In this document: positions 43,894 through 55,806 of the stretch, piece by piece
Layout of the letters: each line of letters opens with the position of its first letter
How positions within the stretch are numbered: position 1 is the first letter of the stretch
Origin: an uncultured delta proteobacterium
GTDB taxonomy: Bacteria > Desulfobacterota > Zymogenia > Zymogenales > Zymogenaceae
Direction of reading: 5' to 3'
DNA: 64,000 nucleotides
Assembly: GCA_963735595.1 (NCBI GenBank)
Contig: CAVTLK010000002.1
Location: 352,001 to 416,000 of the forward strand
Translations under genes and position numbers: made by a program
Notes under the pieces: model-generated
Seen by the model: only the letters and a program-made list of their open reading frames with translations
Told to the model about the DNA's origin: nothing
Databases searched by the model: none

Positions 43894-45882
43894 CTATTTC
43901 TTCTTACTGGCTTCATTTCTCAAATTCCTTAGAAAGAAGTCAAGGGTCCTTCTTGCGATTTCCCGATTTGAGAAGTGAAGAGCTGTAGCCCGACCCGCTC
44001 GAGCGATATGTTGACGTCTTGTTCTATTAATTATTAGATCACAGATAGCTTCGGCTGCTCGATCGGGATTACGGGGCGGTACAAGTAAAGCGTTCTTACC
44101 ATCTTGAGCATATTCATTAACACCGCCGACGCTTGTAAGGACACAAGGCAAACCTGATGCCATAGCCTCTAAAGCAGGCCGTCCAAATCCTTGAAAATAC
44201 GAGCCATCGAAATAGACGTCAGCCTCAGCGTAAAGAAGCGCCATCTGTTTCCTATCCCGAACTACACCAATATTAATAAAGGGGAAAGGTATATGTTTGC
44301 TCGCGAGATTCTCTTCTCCGAAAAGAATTACCTGAGCCTTAGGGATTCGCCTAATAACAAGTGACATAGTCTCGATAACTGTTTCAAATCCTCGATGAGG
44401 TGTCGAAGGTCGGGCCATCGCGAGAATCTTAACTTTATCTGTGAAGAACCTTTTTCTGGGATGAAAACCCTCTATGTCTACACCGATAGGTATTACTGTA
44501 GTGTCTTGCCCGTGTTCGGCGAGTCTCTCAGCTAACCATCCGGTTGTAACGATTTTATTTCTAATGGTATTGTAGGTCTCGATAACCTGATGTCTTGTTC
44601 TCTTCTTCGATTCGGCGTAAAACCATGCCTCATAGTCCTGAAGGAAATAGACTGGAAGGAGTTCAGTGCGTTGGGTGGCGAGTTGGTGTACCCACGGCGC
44701 GGTCCTCCAGAATGTGGCAACCGCAATATCGGTGCGGGGGAGATCGGTAATAAGTTCCTCGGCACTTCTGAAAGTCAAGGGCTCGCTGAGACATTCCCAT
44801 TCTCTGGTCTCGGGGTAACGGGCCAAAGTGGCGATACGGGCATTAATTCCTAACAGAATTAACTCATTTACTATCTCAACAACTACCAAAGCGCCGCCGG
44901 ATATAACCATTCTGTCAAGAATATAAACAACATTCAAATTCCTTCTTTGACGAAAACCGGAGAAAAAGGCGCATTCAGAATTTAGTATTCTTTTTGGAGG
45001 GAGCATAGATACCGCTTCAAATGTCCGCGAGATTACTTCCCGGGTGCCTAATCTTGCAAAGGGTCTGACAACACCCCTTATAAAAGCCCTGATTGTATGC
45101 TCCAAGACACTAAACGAGAGAGAGCGGACACGGCGAGTCTTTCGAGTAAGCGCATTTATAAGCTTTCGAATCGCCTTTTTTTCATCTCTGGTTGCCACAA
45201 TCTTGTTGTTAGTCTGCGTTCTATCTATGCCACGAATGTGAATATAAACGTCATCTGCAAGTACAACACGATATCCTGAATCTATTAAAAGTTCTTGAAG
45301 ACTTGGCAGCAGGTCCTTTCCGTTCATAATTTCGAAATGCCTAACCGATTCTAGGATAGGGCGACGGTAGATCGTTGGCACCCATGGAATGATAAATCCG
45401 TTTGGTAGATATCTCGGCGAGATTTTCTGTACGAGCTGGGAAAACTCATAAACCGTTACTCCTGGAACCAAAGCTGGCGTAAAATTACAATCATTAATGT
45501 TAGTCAGGGTTTTAGCAGCAGCTATATCTTTATTCGCCTCCAAAACTGAGAGTAACTGACAAAGCCATCCTGATGGGAATAGGGATCCCATGGGCGCTGT
45601 TACCAAAAAATCCGCATTTCCATGGGTAGAACCATACATAGCTGCATTAATATAGGGCAATGCTTCATCGAGATTCAGTATCTCGATACTATTAAAATAC
45701 CTGAAATGTCTATCGAACTGCTTATGTGTAAACGATTCTATACCGTTACTTACTACCATAAGGTTTGTAGGTACATTTCGTATTGTGCGTGACAGACTAT
45801 CTATTGTATCGAAAATGTAAAGATATGGATCAGATGCGACGAGGATGATATCACACAACGCGTTTTTATTATGGGGTCTCAT
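43894..45882 (-). CDS. Degenerate GT2-like plus GT4 glycosyltransferase (WsaF-like C-terminal half)
   Basis: SGG..V, VATFWRTA, YFLQDYE..FY, QGFGRPALEAMASG. Confidence 0.82.
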   Translation of the reverse strand: MRPHNKNALCDIILVASDPYLYIFDTIDSLSRTIRNVPTNLMVVSNGIESFTHKQFDRHFRYFNSIEILNLDEALPYINAAMYGSTHGNADFLVTAPMGSLFPSGWLCQLLSVLEANKDIAAAKTLTNINDCNFTPALVPGVTVYEFSQLVQKISPRYLPNGFIIPWVPTIYRRPILESVRHFEIMNGKDLLPSLQELLIDSGYRVVLADDVYIHIRGIDRTQTNNKIVATRDEKKAIRKLINALTRKTRRVRSLSFSVLEHTIRAFIRGVVRPFARLGTREVISRTFEAVSMLPPKRILNSECAFFSGFRQRRNLNVVYILDRMVISGGALVVVEIVNELILLGINARIATLARYPETREWECLSEPLTFRSAEELITDLPRTDIAVATFWRTAPWVHQLATQRTELLPVYFLQDYEAWFYAESKKRTRHQVIETYNTIRNKIVTTGWLAERLAEHGQDTTVIPIGVDIEGFHPRKRFFTDKVKILAMARPSTPHRGFETVIETMSLVIRRIPKAQVILFGEENLASKHIPFPFINIGVVRDRKQMALLYAEADVYFDGSYFQGFGRPALEAMASGLPCVLTSVGGVNEYAQDGKNALLVPPRNPDRAAEAICDLIINRTRRQHIARAGRATALHFSNREIARRTLDFFLRNLRNEASKKK

Positions 45883-46476
45883 TAGTAATTAGTTAGAGCC
45901 ATATTCTTGATTAATGCAACATAAACCAAAGTGCTCCGATTAGCAAATAGCCCATAACTGGTTTTTGAAATAGCACACTATTTTATAATAGTAAAGTCTT
46001 TTCCGAATATCTTGAATTTTGATATATGTTAGTTCGATCTCGGGAGTCAATCAGTTCGTTTTGTAATAAGCGAGATAGGGTTTAATTGGAAAGGCCTCCA
46101 ATAGATAGGAACTAGCAAAACCGTTTGTATCTTCGTAAAACAGAAACGTATAAGCATGTTACCGAACCTAATCATTCTATTATGAAATGCTTTCCCAACA
46201 AAACCTATTCGAGGATAGGTCCTCATTCTACTAAACTCACCCATTATATGGTTTCATTGAGCGGGTATAACGTAACTCCTAAAGTGCAGTTTACGCTTGA
46301 TTTGTTCCAGCTAAGACGATAGAATTTTTTGTTGAAATACTTGCTTGTCTACCTTTGTTCGAATAGGGCTGAGTTTTCGAAGGAAACTAAAACAACGGCT
46401 AAATGTATATAGATATATTCAATAATCTTAGTTAGTAGATAGTGGGACATAAGATTATTACGGGAATCATAGAGAA

Positions 46477-47346
46477 ATGAAAACAGAACATAAGCCCGAA
46501 ATCCAAATCCATATATATAGACCAAATCAAAGACATGATTTGGGATATTTTAAAGTATGGATTATTATGATTAACAATATTAGAAAATCAAAAAGGCTAA
46601 TCTGGGAGTTGTTTAAGCGAGACTTCTTGGCAAGTTATAAGAAGTCTTTTGTTGGTATAACATGGATATTCATCGCGCCGATAATGGCAGTTGTGCAGTG
46701 GGTATTCTTGAATATGACCGGCATGCTGGATCCCGGAGACCTTGGAATACCTTATCCAGTGTACGTCCTCATTGGTACTTCCATGTGGGGAATGTTCACC
46801 GGATTTTATGATTCTGCGAGTGCTACTCTATCTGCAGGACTAAGTTTTATTATGCAGGTAAATTATCCTCATGAAACACTATTATTCAAACAAATCGCAG
46901 AATACCTCGCGAATTTCTTGATAACATTTTTGATAAATATCGTGGTAATACTCGCGTTTGGCGTTACGCCAAGCTGGAAGATTATCTTTTTTCCAGTAGT
47001 TGCGTTACCTCTTCTCTTCCTTGGCACGTCAATAGGGCTTCTCGTTTCTATGATAAAGATCGTGGCCATTGATATTGAAAAGATGATTTCAACGGGAATC
47101 TCTCTACTGATGTGGATTACCCCGATTGTCTATTCTAATAAATTTGATAATCACTTCATTCAATCGGTTATTAAATGGAATCCCTTAACATACCTTGTAT
47201 GTTCTGTTAGAGATATCATAATCTACGGAAAGCTATATGATGTAAAGGGTTTCTTTATTTGTGCTGCGGCGTCATTGATCTTATTCCTAATTTCTTGGAG
47301 GCTTTTCTTTGTTTCGGAAGATAAGCTAATTGAAAGAATGATATAA
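46477..47346 (+). CDS. wzm: Polysaccharide ABC exporter permease
   Basis: RDFLASYKKSFVGITW, TPIVY, WNPLT; six TMs. Confidence 0.88.
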   Translation: MKTEHKPEIQIHIYRPNQRHDLGYFKVWIIMINNIRKSKRLIWELFKRDFLASYKKSFVGITWIFIAPIMAVVQWVFLNMTGMLDPGDLGIPYPVYVLIGTSMWGMFTGFYDSASATLSAGLSFIMQVNYPHETLLFKQIAEYLANFLITFLINIVVILAFGVTPSWKIIFFPVVALPLLFLGTSIGLLVSMIKIVAIDIEKMISTGISLLMWITPIVYSNKFDNHFIQSVIKWNPLTYLVCSVRDIIIYGKLYDVKGFFICAAASLILFLISWRLFFVSEDKLIERMI

Positions 47347-47462
47347 AATGGCGTAACAGTTATACATATTTCGCTATCCAAGAATTTGTAGATAAGTATG
47401 TTATACACGATAAAGTCGTTGCATGTTTTAGAGACTCAATACGCTCTGATCGAGTTCATAAA

Positions 47463-48638
47463 ATGCCTAAGCTTAAAATAAACGATGATACACTTGTATC
47501 TGTCAAGAGTGTATCTAAGAAATTCTGTAAAAACCTGAGACGTAGTATGGCGTATGGAATTATTGATCTTACAAAGAATCTGCTGGGGAGAAGAATTGAT
47601 TCAACTAGAATAAGAAAAGACGAGTTTTGGGCGATTGAGGATATTAGCTTTGAACAAAAAAGAGGCGAAGTTCTCGGCCTAGTTGGCAGAAATGGCTCCG
47701 GGAAGACCACGATTCTCCGGTTACTGGCCGGCATTTTCCCCCCTGATAAGGGCGAAATCGCGATAAAAGGGAAAATCGGCGCATTAATTGCCGTTGGAGC
47801 AGGTTTTCATCCCTATATGACCGGCAGGGAAAATATTCTCTTAAGCGGGTCTATACTAGGGATGACAAAAGGTGAGATCATTTCTAAATCTGACGAAATA
47901 GTTGATTTCGCGGAAATTGGAGACTTTATTGATTCACCGGTTTCGACGTACTCCTCGGGAATGAGGATCAGGCTTGGCTTTTCGATTTCGACAGCGATCG
48001 ACCCTGACGTACTCCTTCTTGACGAAATACTCGCGGTAGGAGACAGGAAATTTGTCGCGAAATGCTATAATAGGATTGCTAAATTGCGTGCTAACAGCAC
48101 GACGATCTTCGTCAGCCATAATATGAATCAGATCTCAAGGATTTGTACTTCAGTCATTGTCTGTGACAAAGGAAGGATTGTTCATAATGGTGACACACTG
48201 GAAGGTATAAGACTCTATAACTCGATTTGCTCGCTGGATAATGATGACGTTTTTGTAAAGACTACTCCCGGTTTTCAACTAAAATCATTTGCAGTTGATA
48301 GGAGTATTATTAAATGGAAAGATGACCTACGGTTTAGAGTAGAGTTTAATGCCGAATCTTCTATAGACAACTGCAATATCCGGGTGATTATCGTGGATGA
48401 ATATGGTGAGAATGTCGCGGAGTGGAAGGCGGCGAACTATCAGCATATACTCAATGTTAGAAAAGGAAGGAATATTTATGAAGATAAACTCCCTAATATA
48501 AGTTTACGTGATAATAAGTATTATTTGACATTCGTGTTAAATAGTCCGGATAATATTGCCTATCTTATACTGGCAAATCAATATTGTTCGTTTACTGTCA
48601 GAGGAAATCTGTACGGCGTTACGCATTATCAAATATAA
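47463..48638 (+). CDS. wzt: Polysaccharide ABC exporter ATPase with a C-terminal carbohydrate-binding domain
   Basis: FWAIEDISF, GRNGSGKTT, YSSGMRIRLGF, DEILAVGD; ~130-aa beta-rich C-terminal extension. Confidence 0.9.
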   Translation: MPKLKINDDTLVSVKSVSKKFCKNLRRSMAYGIIDLTKNLLGRRIDSTRIRKDEFWAIEDISFEQKRGEVLGLVGRNGSGKTTILRLLAGIFPPDKGEIAIKGKIGALIAVGAGFHPYMTGRENILLSGSILGMTKGEIISKSDEIVDFAEIGDFIDSPVSTYSSGMRIRLGFSISTAIDPDVLLLDEILAVGDRKFVAKCYNRIAKLRANSTTIFVSHNMNQISRICTSVIVCDKGRIVHNGDTLEGIRLYNSICSLDNDDVFVKTTPGFQLKSFAVDRSIIKWKDDLRFRVEFNAESSIDNCNIRVIIVDEYGENVAEWKAANYQHILNVRKGRNIYEDKLPNISLRDNKYYLTFVLNSPDNIAYLILANQYCSFTVRGNLYGVTHYQI

Positions 48639-48770
48639 CTAATAAGGTATTGATATCATATTTACGTTTCCCATCGATACGAATTCATTCCTGTCCTACT
48701 ATATTAAGTAGATATTTCGGAACTCTCTGCTACCCCGCCATTTGGCTTGGTTCACTAAGGAGAATAGAAC

Positions 48771-50143
48771 ATGGCTTCAAGTGCTATTGAATTAATAACG
48801 CCCATCGCTACATTAATAAAAATGCTGAATCCGTCTTCAGTCTTAGATATAGGAGTTGGATTTGGTAAGTGGGGATTCATGTGCCGAGAATATCTTGAAA
48901 TCTGGCACGATCGAGTAAAGAAAGATGAGTGGAAATTAGTAGTTGAAGGTGTAGAAGTTTTTCCGCAGTATCATGAAGTAATACAACCATATATCTATAA
49001 CCATATCTATTATCAGGACGCTCGTTCATTTAAGCCGAAAAAGCATTATGACCTACTAATAGCATGCGATATAATAGAACACATACCAAAGCATGAAGGA
49101 ATAGATTTGATTGAAAGGATGTCGTCTACCTGGTCAGAAAACTCCATAATCTCAATACCACTTGGAAAAGACTGGATACGAAAAGCATATGGTCGAAATC
49201 CCCATGACGCACACCTTTCCACTTGGAGCGAATCCGATATGGGCGAGGAGTGGTATCGTATTAAAGTGATGATTCCTGATGGGAGAGTTATCGGGATCTT
49301 TTTTAAGGGCGAGGGATTTACGGAAAAGATTGTCACATATATACGTAGTGTCTACGGTATTGAAAAAGGTCTGACTGTTGCGGGTTCGGAAGCGCTCGCC
49401 GAGCTTAACTTAATAAAGAATTCCCGTTCATACAAACTATCCCGTATCATCGCACGTATGGCGAGGCCATTTAAAGTAATTACCAACGGCTCTTCTATAC
49501 GTCATAAATCGGGAACACCTCTTTATCCCAAGAAAGGGAATAGTAAATGCGATATTAGGAGAGAATCTGGCGTATGGAGTCATGCTGATATAGGTATCCT
49601 TACGGCAAAGGTCAAGGATGTCGAAGGTGATTTTGGGGAAATCGGCGTTTTTATGGGAAAAACATTCAATAAGGTTGCACTAATAGCAAAAGAACAGAAT
49701 AAGATGGCCCACGCCTTCGACAGCTTTAGGGGGATGGCTAATCCCACTGCGGAGGATTTTGGGCATTATCCTAAAGGCAAATTTGATATTGGAGGGCCGG
49801 GAAATTCGTTAGTATCATGAACGAATATGGTGTTTCGCAAAATATGTATAAACTCCATGTCGGTTACGTTCCGGATTGCTTCAAGAGTGTTGATGCTTCG
49901 GTGAAGTTCTCTTTTGTAATTATAGATCTTGATCATTATAAACCAACCGTAGATGCATTAGAATGGATTTGGCCTCGGATAAACCCGTTGGGAATTCTTG
50001 CACTGGATGACTATATTCCGGAGTATCAAAAACTCGCAGCAAAAGCGATTAAGGAATTCATTCATAAATACGATGATTTTGAAATCATCGACTATTTCAA
50101 TCATCAGCTTATTCTAAGAAAGTCTATTGTTGATTTAGGCTGA
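48771..50143 (+). CDS. Class I SAM methyltransferase fused to a TylF/MycF-like O-methyltransferase (frameshift ~49800)
   Basis: VLDIGVGFG, DIIEH; then GDFGEIGV..G, FDSFRGM, IDLDHY, LDDY. Confidence 0.8.
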
Positions 50144-50184
50144 TACTGAAAATTATTCCTTGCTGATATCAAAAAGAGGGATGG

Positions 50185-52678
50185 ATGAAGAAGGTTAGTC
50201 GACAGATTAGCAATGTATGTATTGCTAACTATACCGGAGCATTATTTCACGTCGGTTGCCAATCGGCGAGCTATATACTGGAAAACGAACTCAAGAAGCG
50301 GTTTGGAAAGCACCTACAAATTGATTATATGTTCTCAACTACGCATGCTGTAGGTGGCGATATTCCTTTTTCTGAGCGTGGTTTTAGTATCGTTTTGGAC
50401 AGTCTCGAAAATAATAGCTTCCTTTTGGATAAACTAAAGAAGGCTGACTTGTTGATAATAAATGGAGAAGGCACATTACATTGGCCTAGTAATAACAACA
50501 GGGTCTGGTACTGGTTGGCGTGTATTCATATTGCAAAGGAGAAGTTTGGAATTCCGGTATGGGTTATAAATTCATCCTTTTTTTCCGGGGACCAGCTTTT
50601 TAGCAGGTTTAGCGCGAAAATGCTTAAAAAAGCGGATCATGTCGCGCTAAAGATTCGGTGAGCTATGAAACGGTCAAAGCAATGGGAACTAAAAACGTCG
50701 TGAATGCCACCGACCTCACGTTTCTATTACCGCATAGGATGAATAAGGATATAGCGGGCTATTTTGAAAAGAAGCACCCCTTGTGGAAAAGGGATAATAT
50801 CAAGACTAGAATAATCCTTGCTGGAAGCTCGGCAATCTCGAAAGCTTCAATGTCTCTTTGGGCCGAAAACTATCTGAATATTCTAAGAGGTCTAAGAGAG
50901 AGCTTATCGAATATCGATGTGCTTCTTTGTTGCTCAGCCGGATATGGGAAGGGATTATGATCTGTTTCTGGCTTTACGGTCTGAATTTGAGTATATTAAT
51001 TGCTTCAGGGAGACCGTTAGTCCAGCTGAATTTATTTGGATCATGAAACAGGCAAATGTAGCTATCTCCGGCAGATTCCATGTGAATACGATTGCGATTG
51101 TTTCAAACACGCCCGCTGTAATGCTTTCTGGAAATACGCCGAAAAATGAAATACTTGCTCAAATGATACACAGAACAAGGTTACTGCTATTTGAATGCGT
51201 ACGATACTGAAAAGATACTCGCTATGTCTAAAGAACTATGTAAAAAATCAAATAAGCGATTTGACGAAACTCACTTGCCCCGAGAAAAGCTTTTCAACCT
51301 GGCAAAAAAGAATTTCCCCGCGTCGGTTTTACCCAATCTTCAGGAACGCCGTAGTGTAGATTTGGAGGAACTAATTATACAAACGGAATTCATAAAACTG
51401 AGCTTTCAGAAGAGAGAATTAGTGGCAAAAGATGATCTGATACAGCAGAATAAGAAGCTGCAGAGTATAATAAAGTCAAAAGACTCTATAATTGAGACAA
51501 TAGATATTTCTAAAACCCATTATATTACTAAATATGCTATTAAGCTCCTCTATTACTTCACTCATCCTTCAGATGGGTATAATCGATTAAAGCAAGTAAT
51601 AAACGATAAATCGTTTATATTTCCATTATTACAGGAGATCCCGGCTCCAAATAAAAAAAGCTTCCATGACGCGGAAATAAAGGTTCTTCACGTTGCTTCC
51701 ACTCCACTTGCGGGTTCACCTATTCGTATGTGTCGTTTGTTAGATAGCGGTGAGTATTTTTCGGCGCTTTCGATTTGTCGTAAGAATACATACGATGATG
51801 GTAGGTTGTTCGACTATGATATTGTATATGAGCCGTTTAAAGCCAAAGAGTCAGATGTTGAGCTAATGAGGCAATTAATTAAAGAGTGCGATATTATTCA
51901 TTTTCACAATGAAGCGTATCATCAACGCTTCGGAATTTTCAAGGAGATACCTTCCAGTAAACCTGTTTGCGTACAATGGCACAGCGGTCCAGATGAAATC
52001 GCGCACAGGCTGGGAATATCTATAAGAGAGGCAATGGATTTCCAGAACATACCAACATTCGTTGTTGCCCAGAAGCAATCTCGTTTCTATCCAAACGCCA
52101 TACCTGTTCCCAATGTCGTGGATATTCGCCTTCCAGAGTATCAGGTAGTTCAGCGTGACATTGACACTATTCATATTAGTTATAGTCCCGCTGGAGACGC
52201 GCAATCATATGAACGGCTGTGTAGGGACAAAGGCATGAATATGATCCTCAATGCGTTACGAATAACTAAGGAGCGCTATTCGGAAAAAGTCAGTATACAT
52301 ATTCTTCAGGGGATTCCGCTACAAAAGTGTATACAAATGAAACAAAAATGTCATATTACTATTGATGATATTAAGTCGGGTGGCTATCATATGGTAAGTC
52401 TTGAGGGTTTTGCGCACGCTTCGGCGACAATCGCCAACCCAGATACAACGACGAAGGAGTTCCTATCAAATTTCACGGGATGTCCGGTGGAAGAATTGCC
52501 TTGGTTCGAGGCGTCTGAAGAGGATATAGTGGAACGTCTTAGTGAGCTCATTGAGAATGTTGATTTAATAGAAAGGATCGGGCAAAACTCCCGAAGATGG
52601 ATGGAAAAATATTGGAATCATGAATTTATCATGAGAAAAATGCAATCGGCATATATAGAGATTCTTAATAAGAGCTAG
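50185..52678 (+). CDS. Polysaccharide pyruvyltransferase-like domain plus coiled coil plus GT-B domain, probably one gene split by three frameshifts
   Basis: HVGC, INGEGTLH, DLTF, SGRFH, NTPK across four overlapping ORFs; heptad-like stretch; IIHFH, DKG, GYHMVSLEG. Confidence 0.7.
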
Positions 52679-52723
52679 CTCATTTTCACGGTATAGACGC
52701 GATTCTATTATGGAGTTTCTATC

Positions 52724-53794
52724 TTGAAGGTTAGTATTGTCGACTCTGCGTTTTTTGCTTTTTTTAGGATTATTTTCCGATGCAAGAAAATCGTTAAAAG
52801 AGTAATCCCTGAAGGGATAGTAGTCGGGACTAAAATAGTAATAAGGTTTCTAAGGAAGATATTTAACAAGAACGAGGTCTTCTTATTCAGATACCAGCAT
52901 ATGTCTTGGGCATCTAAAAAATTTAGCTTGAAGCGCGTAAATGATAATGGGGAGGCTGATGTATACTGGCAAGGAAGACACGTCTATAGAACATCTAACC
53001 TAAATAATATTCGTAACAGCCACTACGGTGATTGTTTTTTGATTGGAACTGGGCCATCTATAAATGAAATAGATATTTCTTTACTCGAAAAGAAGACGTG
53101 TTTTGGTGTAAATGGTGCTATCGCAAAATTCTCTGGACTATATTTTAAACCGAAATATTATGCGGTATCTACCTATGATTTCTTTGTTAATCGCTTTGAG
53201 ATGGTTCGAGAAGTTATGCTTGAAGGAATACAGAGCTTTTTCCCCTTTTGGGGTATTAGTCAGATATGTGAACATGATATATCTCTACTTAAAAATGCAC
53301 AGATATTTCTTGCAGACCCAATAAGCCAGAAATATGGCATCCCTAAAATGGACGACGAAGATTTCGATAAATTAAATGAATTTGACACTGACTTTGTTTT
53401 ACATCGTGAAAAACGAAAGATGAATGATAAAGTCGGCTTTAGCAGGAACTTATTAAAGGGGTACTTTCATGGCGAGAACATCCTATATACATCTCTACAG
53501 ATCGCATATTTTATAGGATACAGAAGATTTTTCATAGTAGGGATGGATCTCAATTATTCGGGACCCAATCCACGTTTTTATGAGAAGACAAACAATAGCC
53601 GTCCGACTTGGGTCGATCAGAGTTTTGATAGATCTATAGTACCCTGTTTTGAAATCGTTCGGGACCTAATCCTCAATAAGGAGATACAAGTGTATAATGT
53701 ATCTCCCGAGAGTAGGTTGCCGAAGGAAATCATTACAAAAGTTCCTTTTGAGGATGCTCTAAGAATATCGAGTGATTCCTCCTTTGATGTCTAA
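52724..53794 (+). CDS. WaaZ(RfaZ)-like ulosonic-acid (Kdo) transferase
   Basis: DCFLIGTGPS, GVNGA, GFSRNL..GY, YTSLQIAY, GMDL...PRFYE, YNVS, matching recalled WaaZ motifs in order. Confidence 0.65.
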   Translation: MKVSIVDSAFFAFFRIIFRCKKIVKRVIPEGIVVGTKIVIRFLRKIFNKNEVFLFRYQHMSWASKKFSLKRVNDNGEADVYWQGRHVYRTSNLNNIRNSHYGDCFLIGTGPSINEIDISLLEKKTCFGVNGAIAKFSGLYFKPKYYAVSTYDFFVNRFEMVREVMLEGIQSFFPFWGISQICEHDISLLKNAQIFLADPISQKYGIPKMDDEDFDKLNEFDTDFVLHREKRKMNDKVGFSRNLLKGYFHGENILYTSLQIAYFIGYRRFFIVGMDLNYSGPNPRFYEKTNNSRPTWVDQSFDRSIVPCFEIVRDLILNKEIQVYNVSPESRLPKEIITKVPFEDALRISSDSSFDV

Positions 53795-53978
53795 TCCGGA
53801 CTTGGCAAGGCGATTGTATTGTATTATGAAGTTACCAACTTTCCGGTCAATACAACCGCATAGAAAATTTCTCGTTGGCTGGTTAAGATCAAGACCCTTT
53901 ACGTGTATCTGTACTATCTGTTACCGGTTTATTTCGAGCTTTCCATTGTTGTAATACAGACTTTTACTATACTCGATT

Positions 53979-55677
53979 CTAACTGCCCGGTGGCCGTTGT
54001 TCCTCCTGCCGTTTCATCTCCTCCTCTCTGAGCGTCTTCCTTAGCACCTTTCCCATCATGCTCTTGGGCAGGTCGTCGCGAAACTCGATAATCCGGGGGA
54101 CTTTGTAGGCGGCGAGGTTCTTCCTGCAGTAGGCGATGATGTCTTCGGCCGTGGCCGTCATGCCCTCTTTCAGGACGATAAACGCCTTAACCGTTTCCCC
54201 CGGTACGGATCGGGAATTCCCACCGCCACGGCGTCCCTGACCTTCGGGTGCGCGTAGAGCACCTCGTCGATCTCCCTCGGGTAGATGTTATACCCCCCGG
54301 CGATGATCATGTCCTTCTTGCGATCGACGATATAGAAGAATCCCTCTTCGTCCATCACACCGATATCCCCCGTATGGAGCCACCCGTCCTTCAGTACCTG
54401 TGCCGTTTCCTCGGGCCGGTTCCAGTAGCCGACCATAACTTGAGGTCCCTTTATTAGGATCTCGCCGGATTCGCCCGGCTTCTTGATCGTAACGCCGTCA
54501 TCGGCATCGACGATCTTCGAATCGGTATTGGGGATGGGAAAGCCGACGCTTCCGGGCTTACGCCTCCCGAAAAAGGTGTTGGCGTGGGAGACGGGCGCCG
54601 CCTCTGAGAGCCCGTAACCCTCGACGATGCGGCCGCCGGTGAGCCTCTCGAACTCACCCATCACCGAAACGGGCAGCGCCGAGGCCCCGGAAAAACACCC
54701 CTTTATGGATGAGATATCGTATTTCTTCAATTCCGGATGGTTGATTATCCCGACGTACATCGTCGGCACGGCGCAAAAATAGGTGGGCTTCAGTTTCGGG
54801 ATTGCCGAAAGGAGCATGTTTACGTCAAACCGGGGGATGAGCTGGATCTGGGCGGCCTGCCATATCGGCATGACGGTGCACATCGTCAGGCCGTATATGT
54901 GAAAGGCGGGGATTACCGAGATGTGCCGTTCCTTTCCCTCGACCGCGTTGGTGAAGTAACTGCCGATCTGGACGGTGCAGGCGATGATGTTCCGGTTGGT
55001 CAGCATGACGCCCTTGGGGGTGCCGGTGGTGCCGCCGGTGTACTGCAGCAGTGCAAGGTCGGCGGGGGTGGCCGCCTGGGGCGTGCCGGCCGGTTGATTG
55101 GACTTGATGATGTCCTTAAACCACGCTACCCGCTCGTCCGGGCGCGACCGTTACCCACATCCCCTGCCGTTTGGCGGCGATGGGGTAGAAGAGGGCCTTG
55201 AGGGGAGGGAGGTAGTCCCGGATGTTGGTGACGACAACGCGCTTGAGGGGGACCTCGCCCATGATCCCCTTGACCCGTTTTTCCCAGAGGATATCGAGGG
55301 TGACCAGGGTTTCGGCGCCGGAGTCGTTAAACTGAAACGTCAGCTCCCGCTCGACATAGAGGGGATTAAAACCGACGGCAACGGCGCCAAGCCTGAAACA
55401 GGCGTAGAAGGCGATGACCGATTGGGGGCAGTTGGGCAGCATAATCGCCACGCGGTCGCCCTTTTTTGACTCCCATCCGCGAGAGTCCCGCGGCCATCCG
55501 GTCCACATGATCCTTGAGCTGGCCGTAGGTAAGGACGTGGCCCATGAAATAGGTGGCGGGATTTTTCGGGTATTTCCGTACCGCCCGGTCGAGCACGTCA
55601 TAGATGGTGATCTCGGGGATATCCATGGTGGGCGTTACACCCTCGTCATAATAGGAGTGCCATAGTCGGGTTTCCAC
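53979..55677 (-). CDS. fadD: Long-chain acyl-CoA synthetase, several frameshifts
   Basis: [44 protein letters not shown]. Confidence 0.88.
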
Positions 55678-55727
55678 GGCTGCCTCACAATATAGATAAT
55701 TGGAAATAAATAAAACAGTATAATAAA

Positions 55728-55756
55728 ATTATAGTAAAAAGGGGACGGTTTGTCAA
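55728..55756 (-). promoter_or_regulatory. Consensus sigma70 promoter of fadD
   Basis: TTGACA-17 bp-TATAAT. Confidence 0.8.
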
Positions 55757-55806
55757 CGGGGACCGGGACAGGGCGGGGAAGTGCTACTGATCTTATCGAT
55801 ATCACA

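Larger units (their letters stand above)
43600..53975. other. AT-rich, probably horizontally acquired polysaccharide island
   Basis: Visibly AT-rich sequence against GC-rich flanks; abrupt return to GC-rich DNA at ~53980; no mobility gene seen. Confidence 0.75.

Noticed and set aside
45883..46476. Short ORFs in the gap between the glycosyltransferase and wzm
   Set aside because: No motifs; most likely a divergent promoter region. No ops/JUMPstart element recognised.
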